The notes beneath the pieces are model-generated. The model made no database searches and had not been told where the DNA came from. It saw nothing but the letters and a program-made list of their open reading frames with translations. Source: Acidobacteriota bacterium (lineage in GTDB: Bacteria > Acidobacteriota > Thermoanaerobaculia > Multivoradales > UBA5704). Taken from it: a DNA stretch of 64,000 bases. This document shows, one piece after another, positions 36,002-45,915 of the stretch. The DNA lies in contig JBDTZG010000002.1 in the NCBI GenBank assembly GCA_040005235.1, forward strand, positions 199,775-263,774, in the 5' to 3' direction. The translations under genes and the position numbers were made by a program. Within the stretch, counting starts at the first letter, position 1. Each line of letters begins with the position of its first letter.

Positions 36002-38995
36002 CTAGAACAGAATGCGCAGGCCGACCTGGGCCTGGCGCGGCTCGCCCGCGCCGCTCTGGACTGTGCCGTCGAAATTGAAGATCAGGCTGGTCGTTTCGGG
36101 ACGGTGGAAGTTCGCGCTGTTGAAGACGTTGAACACGTCGAGCGCCGGCTGGAAGGTCAGGCGGCCGACTTTGAAATCGCGCGACAGGCGGAAGTCGAGC
36201 GAGTTGAACACGTTGTCCTTCCGCCCCAGGTTCCGGCGCGTGACGCTGCCGTCGGCGTTGATCCGGTCCTGCGGGGTGTTGGCGTCGCGGCCGTCCGCCG
36301 TGATCGATTTTGGCTGCGCCGATCGGTAGGAGTAGCGGAAGTTGACGTCCAAACGGCCGGGAGCCTGCCAGAGCAGCCAGGCGTTCAACCGGTGGCGCTG
36401 GTCGCGATCGGAGTACGAATACTCTTTCTCGAGGTTGGTGATCTTGGCGTAACGGAACGAGAACGGGTCGCGCTCGTTGTCGTCGTCCGAAAGGTCGCGC
36501 GACCAGGTGTAGTAGACCTGGAACTGGGTGTTGTTCGAGGGCTTCTTGGTGAGGCCGAGGGTGACGCCGTTGTACAGGCTCTTGGCGCTCGACTGCACCA
36601 CGGTGAGGGTGTTGATGCCGTTGGCTCCGCCCGGCGCCAGGCCGGTGCTCCAAGGCGAGCCGAGCAGCGGGTCGTTGGCGTTGATGAAGCGCGTGATGTG
36701 CTCGCCCTTGGCGTAGTTGTACTTGACCAAGACCCCTAAGTTCGCCGAGATCTCCCGCTCGTAGGAAAGGCTCGCCTGGGTGGTGCGCGGGTTCTTGAAG
36801 TTCTTGTCGAAGACGAACACGTCGGGAAGAAAGGGCGCGCCGATCTCGGAGGCCGGGATCAAGTTCGGGTAGGCCGGCACCGGTCCGAGCACGCCGGTGA
36901 GAGCACTGTTCCTGAAGATCGACTGGCCGATGCTGCCGTTGGTCGACCGCGACGAGGCGAGCGACAGCCCCGGCACTCGGGCGTAGAAGATGCCGCCGTT
37001 CAACCGGATGGCGGATTTGCCATTGTTCTGCGGATCCCAGGTGAGTCCCAGGCGCGGCTGCCACATCGCCTTGTCGCTCGGGATGTTGCCGTCCGAAGGG
37101 AACGTCTGCGGGCCGGCCGCGGTGGTCACGGTCTTGCCGATGAAGGGTGCGAAGAAGACCTGATCGGCGGGGGTGCGCGGATCGGGCTCGATCTGCGCCT
37201 CCCAGCGGAGGCCCGCTTGGATCGTCAGATTCGGCCGCGGCTGCCATTTGTCCTGAAGGAAGACCGCCGGCTCGCGCTGGCGGATCTTCTGCCGGCCCGA
37301 CTCTTCGACGGTGCGGCCGCCGACTCCCGCCTGCTGGAGATAGAGCAGAACCGGGCCGGTGATCGAGGCGCCCCGCGGGCAGACGCCGACCTGCGACGTC
37401 GAGCCATCGGAGCACTCGACGTAGTGGGAGTTCCGCGCGTAGTTCAAGAAGCCGTCGGTCGAGCTGAAGATGAATCGGCCGTTGCCGAAGCCGACGAAGG
37501 TCTGCGCCGAGACCACGTCGTTGTATTCGACCCCCAACTTGATCGAGTGATCCTTCTTGAGCAGCGAGAGGTTGTCGTTGATCTGGTAACGCTCGTCGTA
37601 ATACGTGACCGGGATGAAGAACGGCTCGCCGAAGCGATAGCTCGCGCCGAAGTCGAACGCGGTGTCGGGCAGCGGGCGGTTCTGGCCGGTGACGTTCGGC
37701 CCTTCGTACGGCCGGGGCCGATTCTCGCGCGCATACTGGAAGCGCGCTTCGTTGAGTAGCGAGGAGGAGACGGTCGAGATCAGGCTGCCTGTGAGCGCCT
37801 TCGAGTCGTCCTTCTCATTGGCGTTGGCGCTCCTTCCCCAGGAGTCGACGTCGAAGGTGCCGTTCTTCTGCTCGGACTTCGTGTAGTTGAGCCGGATCGT
37901 CGCGAGGTTCGCTTCGGTCGCTTGCCAATCGAGCTTGGCCAGTGCGACGAGGGCGTCGTTGGTGCGATCGATCGGACCGTTTTCGTTCGGGCTGCCGAGG
38001 CTCGCGAGCAGGGCGACCACGCGCGGGTCGATCCGGTTCGGGTCGGTCTGCTTGGTCGAATCGCCTTTCTGCGAGTCGAGGGCAAGGAAGTAGAACAGGT
38101 CGTCCTTCCGCACCGGGCCGCCGAGCGTGAAGCCGCCTTGGGTCTGCTTGGCGTCGAACTTCTTCGCCTGGCTGCCGTCGGGATTCTCGGCGCGCGAGGA
38201 GAACGCGTCATCCTTGTAGAACAGATGGGCGGTGCCTTTGCGGTTGTTGGTTCCCGACTTGGTGACGACGTTGACGAAACCGGACGCCGAACGGCCGAAT
38301 TCGGCGTTCGCGCCGTCCGCGACCACCACGACCTCTTGAACCGCGTCGAGGTTGAAGGTGAACGCCGGCCGCTGGCCGCCGCGCTGCTCGCCGAAGAACG
38401 GGTTGTTGAAGTCGGCTCCGTCGACCGAGACGTTGTTGCTGATCCCCTTCTGGCCGTTGATCGAAAGCTCGTCCCCGTCGGGACCCTGGACGATCGTGAC
38501 GCCCGGCGTGAGCTTCGTGTAATCGAGGAAGTTGCGGCCGTTGTTCGGCAGGTTTTCAATCGCCGCGACGTCGATCCGGGTGGCCCCCTCGGTGCGGGTG
38601 GTTTCGACCACCGGCGCGTCGGCCGTGACCAGGATCTGGTCCTCGACCGCCGAGACTTTCATCGAAAACGTCAGGCTGACCGTCTGGCCGACCTGGAGGT
38701 CGATCCCTTCGCGCACCAGGGTCGAAAACCCTTGAAGCGCCGCGGTGATCCGGTACGGCCCCAGCGGCAGGAGCAGGCCGCGGAACCGGCCCTCCTCGTC
38801 GGTCGACACCTTCTTCTCGAAGTTGGTGGCGAGATCGAGCAGCGTGACCGTCACGCCGGAAAGCGGCGCGCCGCTCTCGTCCACGACCCGACCTTCGATG
38901 ACGCCGGTGGTCGCCTGGGATTGCGCATAGCCGGCCGTCGCTAGGCCGAGCAGAAGCGCGAAACAGGCGAGGGGCGCACTGAGGAATTTGCGCAT
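36002..38995 (-). CDS. TonB-dependent receptor, Oar-like, with N-terminal carboxypeptidase-regulatory-like domain
   Basis: Signal peptide, LPNNGRNF, VVTKSGTN, C-terminal RQAQVGLRILF. Confidence 0.92.
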   Translation of the reverse strand: MRKFLSAPLACFALLLGLATAGYAQSQATTGVIEGRVVDESGAPLSGVTVTLLDLATNFEKKVSTDEEGRFRGLLLPLGPYRITAALQGFSTLVREGIDLQVGQTVSLTFSMKVSAVEDQILVTADAPVVETTRTEGATRIDVAAIENLPNNGRNFLDYTKLTPGVTIVQGPDGDELSINGQKGISNNVSVDGADFNNPFFGEQRGGQRPAFTFNLDAVQEVVVVADGANAEFGRSASGFVNVVTKSGTNNRKGTAHLFYKDDAFSSRAENPDGSQAKKFDAKQTQGGFTLGGPVRKDDLFYFLALDSQKGDSTKQTDPNRIDPRVVALLASLGSPNENGPIDRTNDALVALAKLDWQATEANLATIRLNYTKSEQKNGTFDVDSWGRSANANEKDDSKALTGSLISTVSSSLLNEARFQYARENRPRPYEGPNVTGQNRPLPDTAFDFGASYRFGEPFFIPVTYYDERYQINDNLSLLKKDHSIKLGVEYNDVVSAQTFVGFGNGRFIFSSTDGFLNYARNSHYVECSDGSTSQVGVCPRGASITGPVLLYLQQAGVGGRTVEESGRQKIRQREPAVFLQDKWQPRPNLTIQAGLRWEAQIEPDPRTPADQVFFAPFIGKTVTTAAGPQTFPSDGNIPSDKAMWQPRLGLTWDPQNNGKSAIRLNGGIFYARVPGLSLASSRSTNGSIGQSIFRNSALTGVLGPVPAYPNLIPASEIGAPFLPDVFVFDKNFKNPRTTQASLSYEREISANLGVLVKYNYAKGEHITRFINANDPLLGSPWSTGLAPGGANGINTLTVVQSSAKSLYNGVTLGLTKKPSNNTQFQVYYTWSRDLSDDDNERDPFSFRYAKITNLEKEYSYSDRDQRHRLNAWLLWQAPGRLDVNFRYSYRSAQPKSITADGRDANTPQDRINADGSVTRRNLGRKDNVFNSLDFRLSRDFKVGRLTFQPALDVFNVFNSANFHRPETTSLIFNFDGTVQSGAGEPRQAQVGLRILF

Positions 38996-39113
38996 CTCGA
39001 ACCTCCTGGGAGTGAAAAAGCATCAAGACCTGCGGGTACCAAGTGGCACGATGTTGACAACAGTGCGTCCGGCGAGTCAACGCCCGGGAGTTTCGTCACC
39101 CGGCTGTCACAGG

Positions 39114-39141
39114 TTGCCGGGAGAAACCCCGCTGCTACACT
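39114..39141 (+). promoter_or_regulatory. sigma70-type promoter (TTGCCG-16-TACACT with extended TG), probably leaderless
   Basis: TGCTACACT ends 7 nt before ATG 39149; no SD. Confidence 0.5.
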
Positions 39142-39148
39142 TCCGCCA

Positions 39149-39919
39149 ATGTCGCTTCGCGTCACCCTCCTCGGCAGCGGGACCTCGACCGGCGTGCCGG
39201 TGATCGGTTGCGGTTGCGCGGTCTGTACCTCGCGGAGCCCGCGGAACCGGCGGTCGCGGCCGGGATTGAAGATCGAGGGGCCGGAGGGAACGGTGCTGGT
39301 CGATGCCTCGACCGATCTGCGCGAGCAGCTTTTGGCGCACCCGGTTTCGCGGGTCGACGCCGTGGTTTTCACCCATGCCCACGCCGACCACATTTTCGGT
39401 CTCGACGACGTGCGGATCTTCAATTTCCGCCAGAAGGCGGCGATCCCCTGCTTCGGCTCGGCGGAGACGCTGGCGGCGATCCGGCGAATCTACGCCTACG
39501 TCTTCGAGGCGGGGCAAGAGGGGGGCGGCAAGCCCCAGCTCGATCTGATTCCGGTCGAAGGGCCGTTTCCGCTGCTCGGCCGGCCGTGGATTCCGATTCC
39601 GGTCTGGCACGGCACGATGGCGGTGCTCGGTTTCCGGATCGGCGATTTCGCCTATGTCACCGACTGCAACGTGATCCCCGAGGCGAGCTTCGAGCGGCTC
39701 GCGGGAGTCGATACGCTGATCCTCGACGCGCTGCGCTATCGGCCGCATTCGACCCATTTCTCGCTCGGGCAGGCGGTCGACGCCGCGCAGCGGATCGGCG
39801 CGCGGCGGACCTATTTCACCCACATCGCCCATGACATCGACCACGATCATCTGGAGGTCGTTCTGCCGCCAGGAATGGAGATCGGCTATGACGGCCTCGC
39901 CTTCGACATCCTCGGCTAG
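39149..39919 (+). CDS. MBL-fold metallo-hydrolase (PhnP-like)
   Basis: LGSGTSTGVPVIGCGCAVC, THAHADHIFG, THIAH. Confidence 0.92.
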   Translation: MSLRVTLLGSGTSTGVPVIGCGCAVCTSRSPRNRRSRPGLKIEGPEGTVLVDASTDLREQLLAHPVSRVDAVVFTHAHADHIFGLDDVRIFNFRQKAAIPCFGSAETLAAIRRIYAYVFEAGQEGGGKPQLDLIPVEGPFPLLGRPWIPIPVWHGTMAVLGFRIGDFAYVTDCNVIPEASFERLAGVDTLILDALRYRPHSTHFSLGQAVDAAQRIGARRTYFTHIAHDIDHDHLEVVLPPGMEIGYDGLAFDILG

Positions 39920-41258
39920 CTCCCAACCCGAATCGAATACCGACTTCGGGACGATCGAAATGCGGACGATCCCCGCCGGGCGTCGCGCCGTCGGGTCGGT
40001 CCGGGTGCCGTCGTCCAAGAGCGTCACCCATCGGGTTTTGAACCTCGCCCTGCTCGCGAACGCGCCGCTGGTCCTCGAACGGCCGCTCGACGCCGACGAC
40101 ACCCGGCTGTTTCTCGCGGCTCTGGCCGACTGCGGCTTCGCGGTGGAGCGGGCGGGAGAAGAGGTGCGCCTGACCCCTGGCCCTCGGTCGAGCCCCGAGG
40201 TTGACGCCGAGGCGATCGAAATCTACTGCGGCAACGCCGGCACGATGTATCGCTTCCTGGTCGCGACGCTCGCGGCGATTCCGGGCAGGTTCCAGCTCGA
40301 CGGCACCCCCCGCCTGCGCGAGCGGCCGATCGGCCCGCTGGTCGACGCGGTGCGCGGCTTAAGCGGCCAGGTGGAGTACCTGGGGCGCGAAGGGTACGGG
40401 CCGCTCGCGATCCGTGGCGGAACCCTCCGAGGGGGGACCACCGGGCTCGATGCGGGGTCGTCCAGCCAATACCTCTCGGCGCTGCTGATGGCTGGGCTGC
40501 GGGCGAAAGAGCCGGTCACCATCGAGCTTTCCGCGCTCACCTCCGAGCCCTACATCGACATCACGCTGGGCTTGGTTCGCCGCTTTGGCGGCCGGATCGA
40601 GCGGCTTTCGCCCACCCGCTTCCGCGTCGAGCCCGCCGCGACCTTGGCCGCAGGTCTCGATCGGGCACGGGTCGAAGGGGATTGGTCGGCCGCCGCCTAT
40701 CCGGCCGCGATGGCGGCGCTCACCGGAGGCGTGGTTCGCCTGCTGGGGGTAGAAGAGGATTCGGCCCAGGGGGACCGCGGCTTTCTTGACCTCCTGGCGG
40801 CGATGGGCGCCCAAGTCTCATGGAAGGGGGGCGAGCTCGCCGTAGCAGGCACAGGCCGGCTCACCGCGCTCGCCGTCGACCTCGGGCGAATGCCCGACCA
40901 GGTGCCGACCCTCGCGGCGCTCGCGCCGTTTGCCGCCGGCACGACGCGAATTACCGGGGTACCCCACCTGCGGATCAAAGAGAGCGACCGGCTGCACGCG
41001 ATGGCGGTGGGTCTGGCGGCGCTCGGCGTACCGGTCAAGGAGCTGCCCGACGGCTTGGAGATCGAAGGAGTCTGGGCCGGACGCGCGGATATCCCCTCCG
41101 ACCCGGTGACGATCGATCCGTTCGACGACCACCGGATCGCGATGAGCTTCGCGCTCATCGGCCTTCGACGTCCGGGCGTGACGATCGCCGACGCGAGGGT
41201 GGTCGCGAAGTCCTATCCCGACTTTTGGCACGATTTCGGCTCGCTGATCTCCGAGTAG
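39888..41258 (+). CDS. aroA: EPSP synthase
   Basis: SKSVTHR, CGNAGTMYRF, SSQYLSALL, LRIKESDR, DHRIAMSF. Start 39888 (GGAG SD) or 39960. Confidence 0.95.
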   Translation: MTASPSTSSASSQPESNTDFGTIEMRTIPAGRRAVGSVRVPSSKSVTHRVLNLALLANAPLVLERPLDADDTRLFLAALADCGFAVERAGEEVRLTPGPRSSPEVDAEAIEIYCGNAGTMYRFLVATLAAIPGRFQLDGTPRLRERPIGPLVDAVRGLSGQVEYLGREGYGPLAIRGGTLRGGTTGLDAGSSSQYLSALLMAGLRAKEPVTIELSALTSEPYIDITLGLVRRFGGRIERLSPTRFRVEPAATLAAGLDRARVEGDWSAAAYPAAMAALTGGVVRLLGVEEDSAQGDRGFLDLLAAMGAQVSWKGGELAVAGTGRLTALAVDLGRMPDQVPTLAALAPFAAGTTRITGVPHLRIKESDRLHAMAVGLAALGVPVKELPDGLEIEGVWAGRADIPSDPVTIDPFDDHRIAMSFALIGLRRPGVTIADARVVAKSYPDFWHDFGSLISE

Positions 41259-41389
41259 CCCGCCGAATCGCGGACCGGGGTCCGAGTCGACCAAACCTGG
41301 TTTGAGGTCGCTTCTTGCCTACCCCGGGACTTTTGTCCGGTCGGTGGTGGTAGTCTTCGCGCGATTTTTCCGCCTACAGGAACTTTGCC

Positions 41390-44300
41390 GTGCAGCCGAT
41401 CCATTCGACTCTGCGCCCTATCTCGGGTGCGCCGCTCGAAGCGGCGCTTCTCTCCGACCGCCAACGGCTCGCCGTGGTGTTGCAGGGCTCCGCTTTGCTC
41501 GCGCACCTTCAAGGGCCAGGGTGGCACCTGCCCGAAGGGTGGGCAGGCGCCCGGGTGACCTCCGACGGCCGGCTCGGCGGCCTCGTCGCGGGCCCTGGGA
41601 GGCTCGGGCCGGTCCAGGCGTTGCTGCGCGACTTGGTGGCGCTCTGTTTCGGCGAAACCGGCGTACGCGGTCGGAGTGCCGCGCGACGGGCCGCCCGATC
41701 GCTGGAAGAGGCTTGGGCGATCGATCTCGCGCCGCTGCCGGCCGATGGCGCGGTCGCCCAGGTGCTCGCTGCGGCGCCCTTTCTTTGGGATCCAGCCTTC
41801 GGAACGGCTCGCCGGGCGCTCGGTGGCGCGCGGGCCGATTATGGGGGCGGGCCGAACGGTCACCAGCTCTGGCTCGCCGGCCCCGGTCCTTTCCGTCGCC
41901 GGGTGCTCGCCAGGGCTGCCGACTTGGGTTCGCTCGAAGCGCTTCTCTCCGGACCGGAGGCGCGCGATCTCTGGTACGGCCCACCGGCGCTCGAAGAGCC
42001 GGGTGAGTTAGTCGCCGCCGGTCGCATTCGCGGCGCTGTCCTGGCGTGGGAGCGCAACCCTCCCAGATCGGCGGCGGAGCGTTTGGCCCTCGCCCGGGCG
42101 CTCGAAGCGCTCGGCCGGTTCGAGCGGGCGCTGGACGCATTGGGCGAGGATCGCGGGCTCGAAGCTCGGTTGATCCGCGCCCGCTGCCAGCTGCGCCTCG
42201 GCCGGTTGGGGGGCGCCCGGGCGGCGCTCTACCGGTTTGAAAAGGTGGCCGCCGAGCCTGAGCTGACGGTCGAGTTGGCAGACCTCGCCACCCGGACGTT
42301 TGCGAATTTCGGCGAGCCGGAAGCCTCGGCCCGCTGGGTGGAGCGCGCCCTAGCCGCCACCGGGGTTTCGGTGAAGCGCCGCGCGAACGGTCCTCTCGCC
42401 GCCCGGGCCTGTCTGATCGCCGCGGTCGCGGCGTGGGATCGCGGCGAAGGCGAAATGGCTGAGCGCCACCTCGCGCGGGCCGAGGCCGCGGGGGTTTATC
42501 CGCGAGACGCCTGGCGCCTCCATCAAGCGCGCGGCCTGGTCGCCCTCGCCGCCGGTCGGCCGCGCGACGCGGCGGAGCATTTTGCGGCGGCGCTGCGCTC
42601 GGGACGCCGCGGCCTGCCGCGGTTCGAGGCCGGCGGTCTGTGGAACGACTTGGGGCTCGCGCGCGCCGAAATCGACGACCTCGCGGGGGCCGAGCGTGCG
42701 TTTCTCCACGTCCACCGCCTTCTCGCCGGTTGCGACGGGCCGCGCCGGACGACGCTTGCGCTCTACAACCTGGCCGAGATTCGCCTACGTCGCGGCAGGC
42801 TCGGCGGGGTGCGCGAGATCCTAGAGGCGTCGTCGACCGAGAATCGCCTGGCCGGCAACCTCCGCGGCCAGATTCAAGACGCCGAGCTTTCGGTCCGCTT
42901 CGACCTGGCCCGCGGCCGGGTCGAGACGGCGCTGGTCCGAATCGAGTCCGCCCGATCGCTGCTCCGCGAGCGCCGGGTCGATTGGCGCAGCGGGGAGCTT
43001 GCGGTGCTCGCGGGGCGCGCTCTCGGCTGGTTGGGACGGAGCGAGGAAGCCGCCTTGGAACTGGAAACCGCGGGCGAGCATGCCGCGGGGTTGCTCGAAC
43101 CGGAGGAGATCCCCGCGCTTCTGGCGCTCGCCGGTCGACGGGACGAGGCGCTCGCCGCCGCGAGCGGCACCCCCTGGTACCCGCTGTTCGCCGCAGCCCT
43201 TGGAGTGCGGCACCCTGGGAGAGCGTCGAGCGACCTGCCCGAACCGGACCCCTCGTCCCTCGACCTCCTGGAACCGGCGCGCGCGGCCCGCCTGGTTTTC
43301 GACCTCGAATCGATCGCGGCGTTCGATCCGGGACGCCGTTCGGACGGATCGGAAATCGTCTCCCCCGCACGTCGTCGGCGCGCCGCGGAGGTCCTTCGGC
43401 GGCAAGGCGCGGGGCGCTTCGCCGAGCGTCTCGAAGCGTGCGGTGCGAGCTCCGATGCGAAAAAATTAGCGCTCGACCAACCGCCCGCGGCGCCCGCCGC
43501 CTTGCTCCCGATCCGCCCGGCGTCGCCAGTTTCGGACCGGGAGCCGCAAGACGGCTCGCGCGGCTTCTCCGGTTCCGAGGCCCGTTCGACCGCTCGGTCG
43601 GCCGGATGGATCGGCGATCATCCGGCGCTGGAGAAAGCGTTCGACAAGATCGTGCGGCTTGCCCCGGGCGATCTCGCGGTGCTCGTCCTCGGCGAAAGCG
43701 GAACGGGCAAAGAGCTTGCCGCGCGCGAGGTCCATCGCCGCAGCCGTCGTCATCGCGGCCCTTATGTAACGGTCAACTGCGCGGCGCTTTCCGAGACGTT
43801 GTTGCTGTCCGATCTATTCGGTCATTCGCGCGGCGCTTTTACCGGCGCCGATCGCGAGCGGTTGGGGGTGTTTGAAACGGCGCAGGGAGGGACCGTCTTT
43901 CTCGACGAGATCGGCGACCTGCCGCCGGTCGCCCAAGGCATGTTGTTGCGCGTGCTGCAAGAGGGCGAGGTGCGGCGGCTGGGCGAGAGCCTGGCGCGCA
44001 AAGTCGACGTGAGGGTGGTCGCAGCCACCCATCGCGATCTCGCCCGCGCGAGCCGCGAAGGAACGTTTCGCCAAGATCTTTACTTTCGGTTGCGCGGTGC
44101 GAGCGTGACGCTGCCCCCTTTGCGCGAACGCGGAGCGGACGTGCTTTTGCTCGCGACGAGCTTGATCGAGAAAGAAGCGGCGCGCTTGAAGATCTTTCCC
44201 GTGCCGCGGCTCGACCGCCAGGCCGCGGAGCGTCTGGCCCGGCACAACTGGCCGGGCAACGTGCGCGAGCTTGAAAACGTCGTCCGCGTCGCCTGCCAAA

Positions 44301-44530
44301 TGGCGGCCGGGCAAGACGAGATCGGCGTCGACCATCTGGAAATCGAAGAGATTCCCGGCGAGCGAAGCGCGGGCTCGTATCACGCCCAAGTGGACGACCT
44401 CAAAAGGCGCCTGATCCGCGAGGCGCTCGCCGCGGTCGACGGCAAGCGCTCTCAAGCCGCGCACCGGCTCGGCCTCACCCGTCAGGCGCTCTCTTATTTG
44501 ATCCTTCAGTTGCGCATCGCCGATTTCTGA
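41390..44530 (+). CDS. sigma54-dependent enhancer-binding protein with very large helical/TPR N-terminal region
   Basis: GESGTGKE, GAFTGA, FLDEIGD, FRQDLYFRL, NWPGNVREL, C-terminal Fis-type HTH. Confidence 0.9.
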   Translation: MQPIHSTLRPISGAPLEAALLSDRQRLAVVLQGSALLAHLQGPGWHLPEGWAGARVTSDGRLGGLVAGPGRLGPVQALLRDLVALCFGETGVRGRSAARRAARSLEEAWAIDLAPLPADGAVAQVLAAAPFLWDPAFGTARRALGGARADYGGGPNGHQLWLAGPGPFRRRVLARAADLGSLEALLSGPEARDLWYGPPALEEPGELVAAGRIRGAVLAWERNPPRSAAERLALARALEALGRFERALDALGEDRGLEARLIRARCQLRLGRLGGARAALYRFEKVAAEPELTVELADLATRTFANFGEPEASARWVERALAATGVSVKRRANGPLAARACLIAAVAAWDRGEGEMAERHLARAEAAGVYPRDAWRLHQARGLVALAAGRPRDAAEHFAAALRSGRRGLPRFEAGGLWNDLGLARAEIDDLAGAERAFLHVHRLLAGCDGPRRTTLALYNLAEIRLRRGRLGGVREILEASSTENRLAGNLRGQIQDAELSVRFDLARGRVETALVRIESARSLLRERRVDWRSGELAVLAGRALGWLGRSEEAALELETAGEHAAGLLEPEEIPALLALAGRRDEALAAASGTPWYPLFAAALGVRHPGRASSDLPEPDPSSLDLLEPARAARLVFDLESIAAFDPGRRSDGSEIVSPARRRRAAEVLRRQGAGRFAERLEACGASSDAKKLALDQPPAAPAALLPIRPASPVSDREPQDGSRGFSGSEARSTARSAGWIGDHPALEKAFDKIVRLAPGDLAVLVLGESGTGKELAAREVHRRSRRHRGPYVTVNCAALSETLLLSDLFGHSRGAFTGADRERLGVFETAQGGTVFLDEIGDLPPVAQGMLLRVLQEGEVRRLGESLARKVDVRVVAATHRDLARASREGTFRQDLYFRLRGASVTLPPLRERGADVLLLATSLIEKEAARLKIFPVPRLDRQAAERLARHNWPGNVRELENVVRVACQMAAGQDEIGVDHLEIEEIPGERSAGSYHAQVDDLKRRLIREALAAVDGKRSQAAHRLGLTRQALSYLILQLRIADF

Positions 44531-44573
44531 TTCTTTCCGCCGCGCCAAATCAGACCTCCGCCGGAGCGGCGCC

Positions 44574-45050
44574 CTAAGGCCAGCACCGGCCGACCCGCTC
44601 GGCGATCGGTTCGATTCCCAAGCGATCGATCTCATCGAAAGCCGCAGGCTCGCGCGAGTCGACGTCGAGCACCGCGACCAGCGCTCCGGCGCGATCGAAC
44701 ACCGGAACGACGATCTCCGAACGGGCCGATTCATCGCAGGCGATGTGACCGGGGAAGGCGTGGACGTCCTCCACCACTTGGGTCCGGCGTTCGCGCGCCG
44801 CGGCGCCGCAGACGCCTTGCGCAAAAGATATTTCGAGGCAGCCGATACCGCCTTGATAAGGTCCGACGCGCAACAGGTTCGGCGCTACGACGCGATAGAA
44901 ACCGGTCCAGCTGGCGGCGGGCAATTTTGCATGAAGAGCAGAAGCCACGGAGGCCATCGCGGCCACCGGATCGTCGAGGTCTGCGAGGAGTGAGTCGATC
45001 TCGGCGAGCGCATCGCGATAGATCGACCGTCTTTCATTTTCGTTGGTCAT
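44574..45050 (-). CDS. msrC: GAF-domain free methionine-R-sulfoxide reductase
   Basis: WTGFY, GPYQG, GCLEI, GVCG, HIACD (three Cys retained), SEIVVP, VLDVDS. Confidence 0.85.
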   Translation of the reverse strand: MTNENERRSIYRDALAEIDSLLADLDDPVAAMASVASALHAKLPAASWTGFYRVVAPNLLRVGPYQGGIGCLEISFAQGVCGAAARERRTQVVEDVHAFPGHIACDESARSEIVVPVFDRAGALVAVLDVDSREPAAFDEIDRLGIEPIAERVGRCWP

Positions 45051-45072
45051 GGCGCGCATTGTAAGCCATAGG

Positions 45073-45101
45073 TTGACATATCAACGATGCTGGTCGATAC
45101 T
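45073..45101 (+). promoter_or_regulatory. sigma70 promoter TTGACA-17-GATACT
   Basis: Perfect -35 and 17-nt spacer upstream of the HTH/AT-hook gene; palindrome GTTGA-CATA-TCAAC overlaps the -35. Confidence 0.65.
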
Positions 45102-45174
45102 TTGACGCGGTGAAAACCCCTAAAAAAACGGACTGCTCGAATTGCAAGTCCTAAAGCGGAGGGATCGATCGATC

Positions 45175-45912
45175 ATGGCAGCGAAACGCATCGTCCGAAA
45201 ACCAGCGAAGAAAGCAGCGAAAGCTGTGAGCAAGCCGGCGCCCGCGCCGGAGACGGAAGGAAAAGAAGAAGGAGTGCTCACTCTCACCGAAGTTTCGAAG
45301 CGCTCGAAGATCTCGATGCCCACCCTTCAGCGATATAAGAAGCTGTATCAGTCGCGGATCCCCTCGGTCGGCAAGGGGCGGAAGCAGCGTTACTTGGAAA
45401 GCTCGCTCGCGATCTTCGAGGAGTTGAAGAACGAAAACATCGGGCGGCGCGGCCGGCCGAAGAAAGCGGTTGGCAAGACCGGTCGGCCCGTCGGTCGTCC
45501 TCCGGGCCGGCCCGCCGGCGCAAAGCCGGCCGCCGCGGCCGCGGAAGCAACCCCGGCCCGTCGCGGTCGCAGGGCGAGCTCTTCGGGTCTGATGACGCTC
45601 ACCGAGATCAGCAAGCGCGCGGGCGTTTCCTATCCGACCGCCGTGCGCTATGTCCGGTTGTTCCTCGACCGCCTGCCGCACGAAGGCGAGGGTCGCCGCC
45701 GTCGTTTCTATTCCGGCGCGGTCGAAGTGTTCAATCAGCTGCGCGAAGAGGGCGGTCGCGGCGGTCAGCGCGTGAAGCGAATCGCGGGCCGTGCGGTCGA
45801 AGCGATCGAGAGCGGCGTCGCCGATCGGATCAAACAGCTCGAGAAGGCGCAGCAAAACTTCGAAAAGAAGCTGCGTACGTTGGCGCTGAGCCTGCAAAAG
45901 TTCCTGGAGTAA
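45175..45912 (+). CDS. DNA-binding protein: two MerR/Xis-like HTH repeats, AT-hook linker, C-terminal coiled coil
   Basis: Repeats LTLTEVSKRSKISMPTLQRY and MTLTEISKRAGVSYPTAVRY; GRRGRPKK AT-hook; GGAGG SD. Confidence 0.8.
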   Translation: MAAKRIVRKPAKKAAKAVSKPAPAPETEGKEEGVLTLTEVSKRSKISMPTLQRYKKLYQSRIPSVGKGRKQRYLESSLAIFEELKNENIGRRGRPKKAVGKTGRPVGRPPGRPAGAKPAAAAAEATPARRGRRASSSGLMTLTEISKRAGVSYPTAVRYVRLFLDRLPHEGEGRRRRFYSGAVEVFNQLREEGGRGGQRVKRIAGRAVEAIESGVADRIKQLEKAQQNFEKKLRTLALSLQKFLE

Positions 45913-45915
45913 GAG

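Noticed and set aside
39044-39060. TGGCACGATGTTGAC as a sigma54 -24/-12 promoter
   Set aside because: Good -24 box, but the -12 GC is absent at the required spacing.
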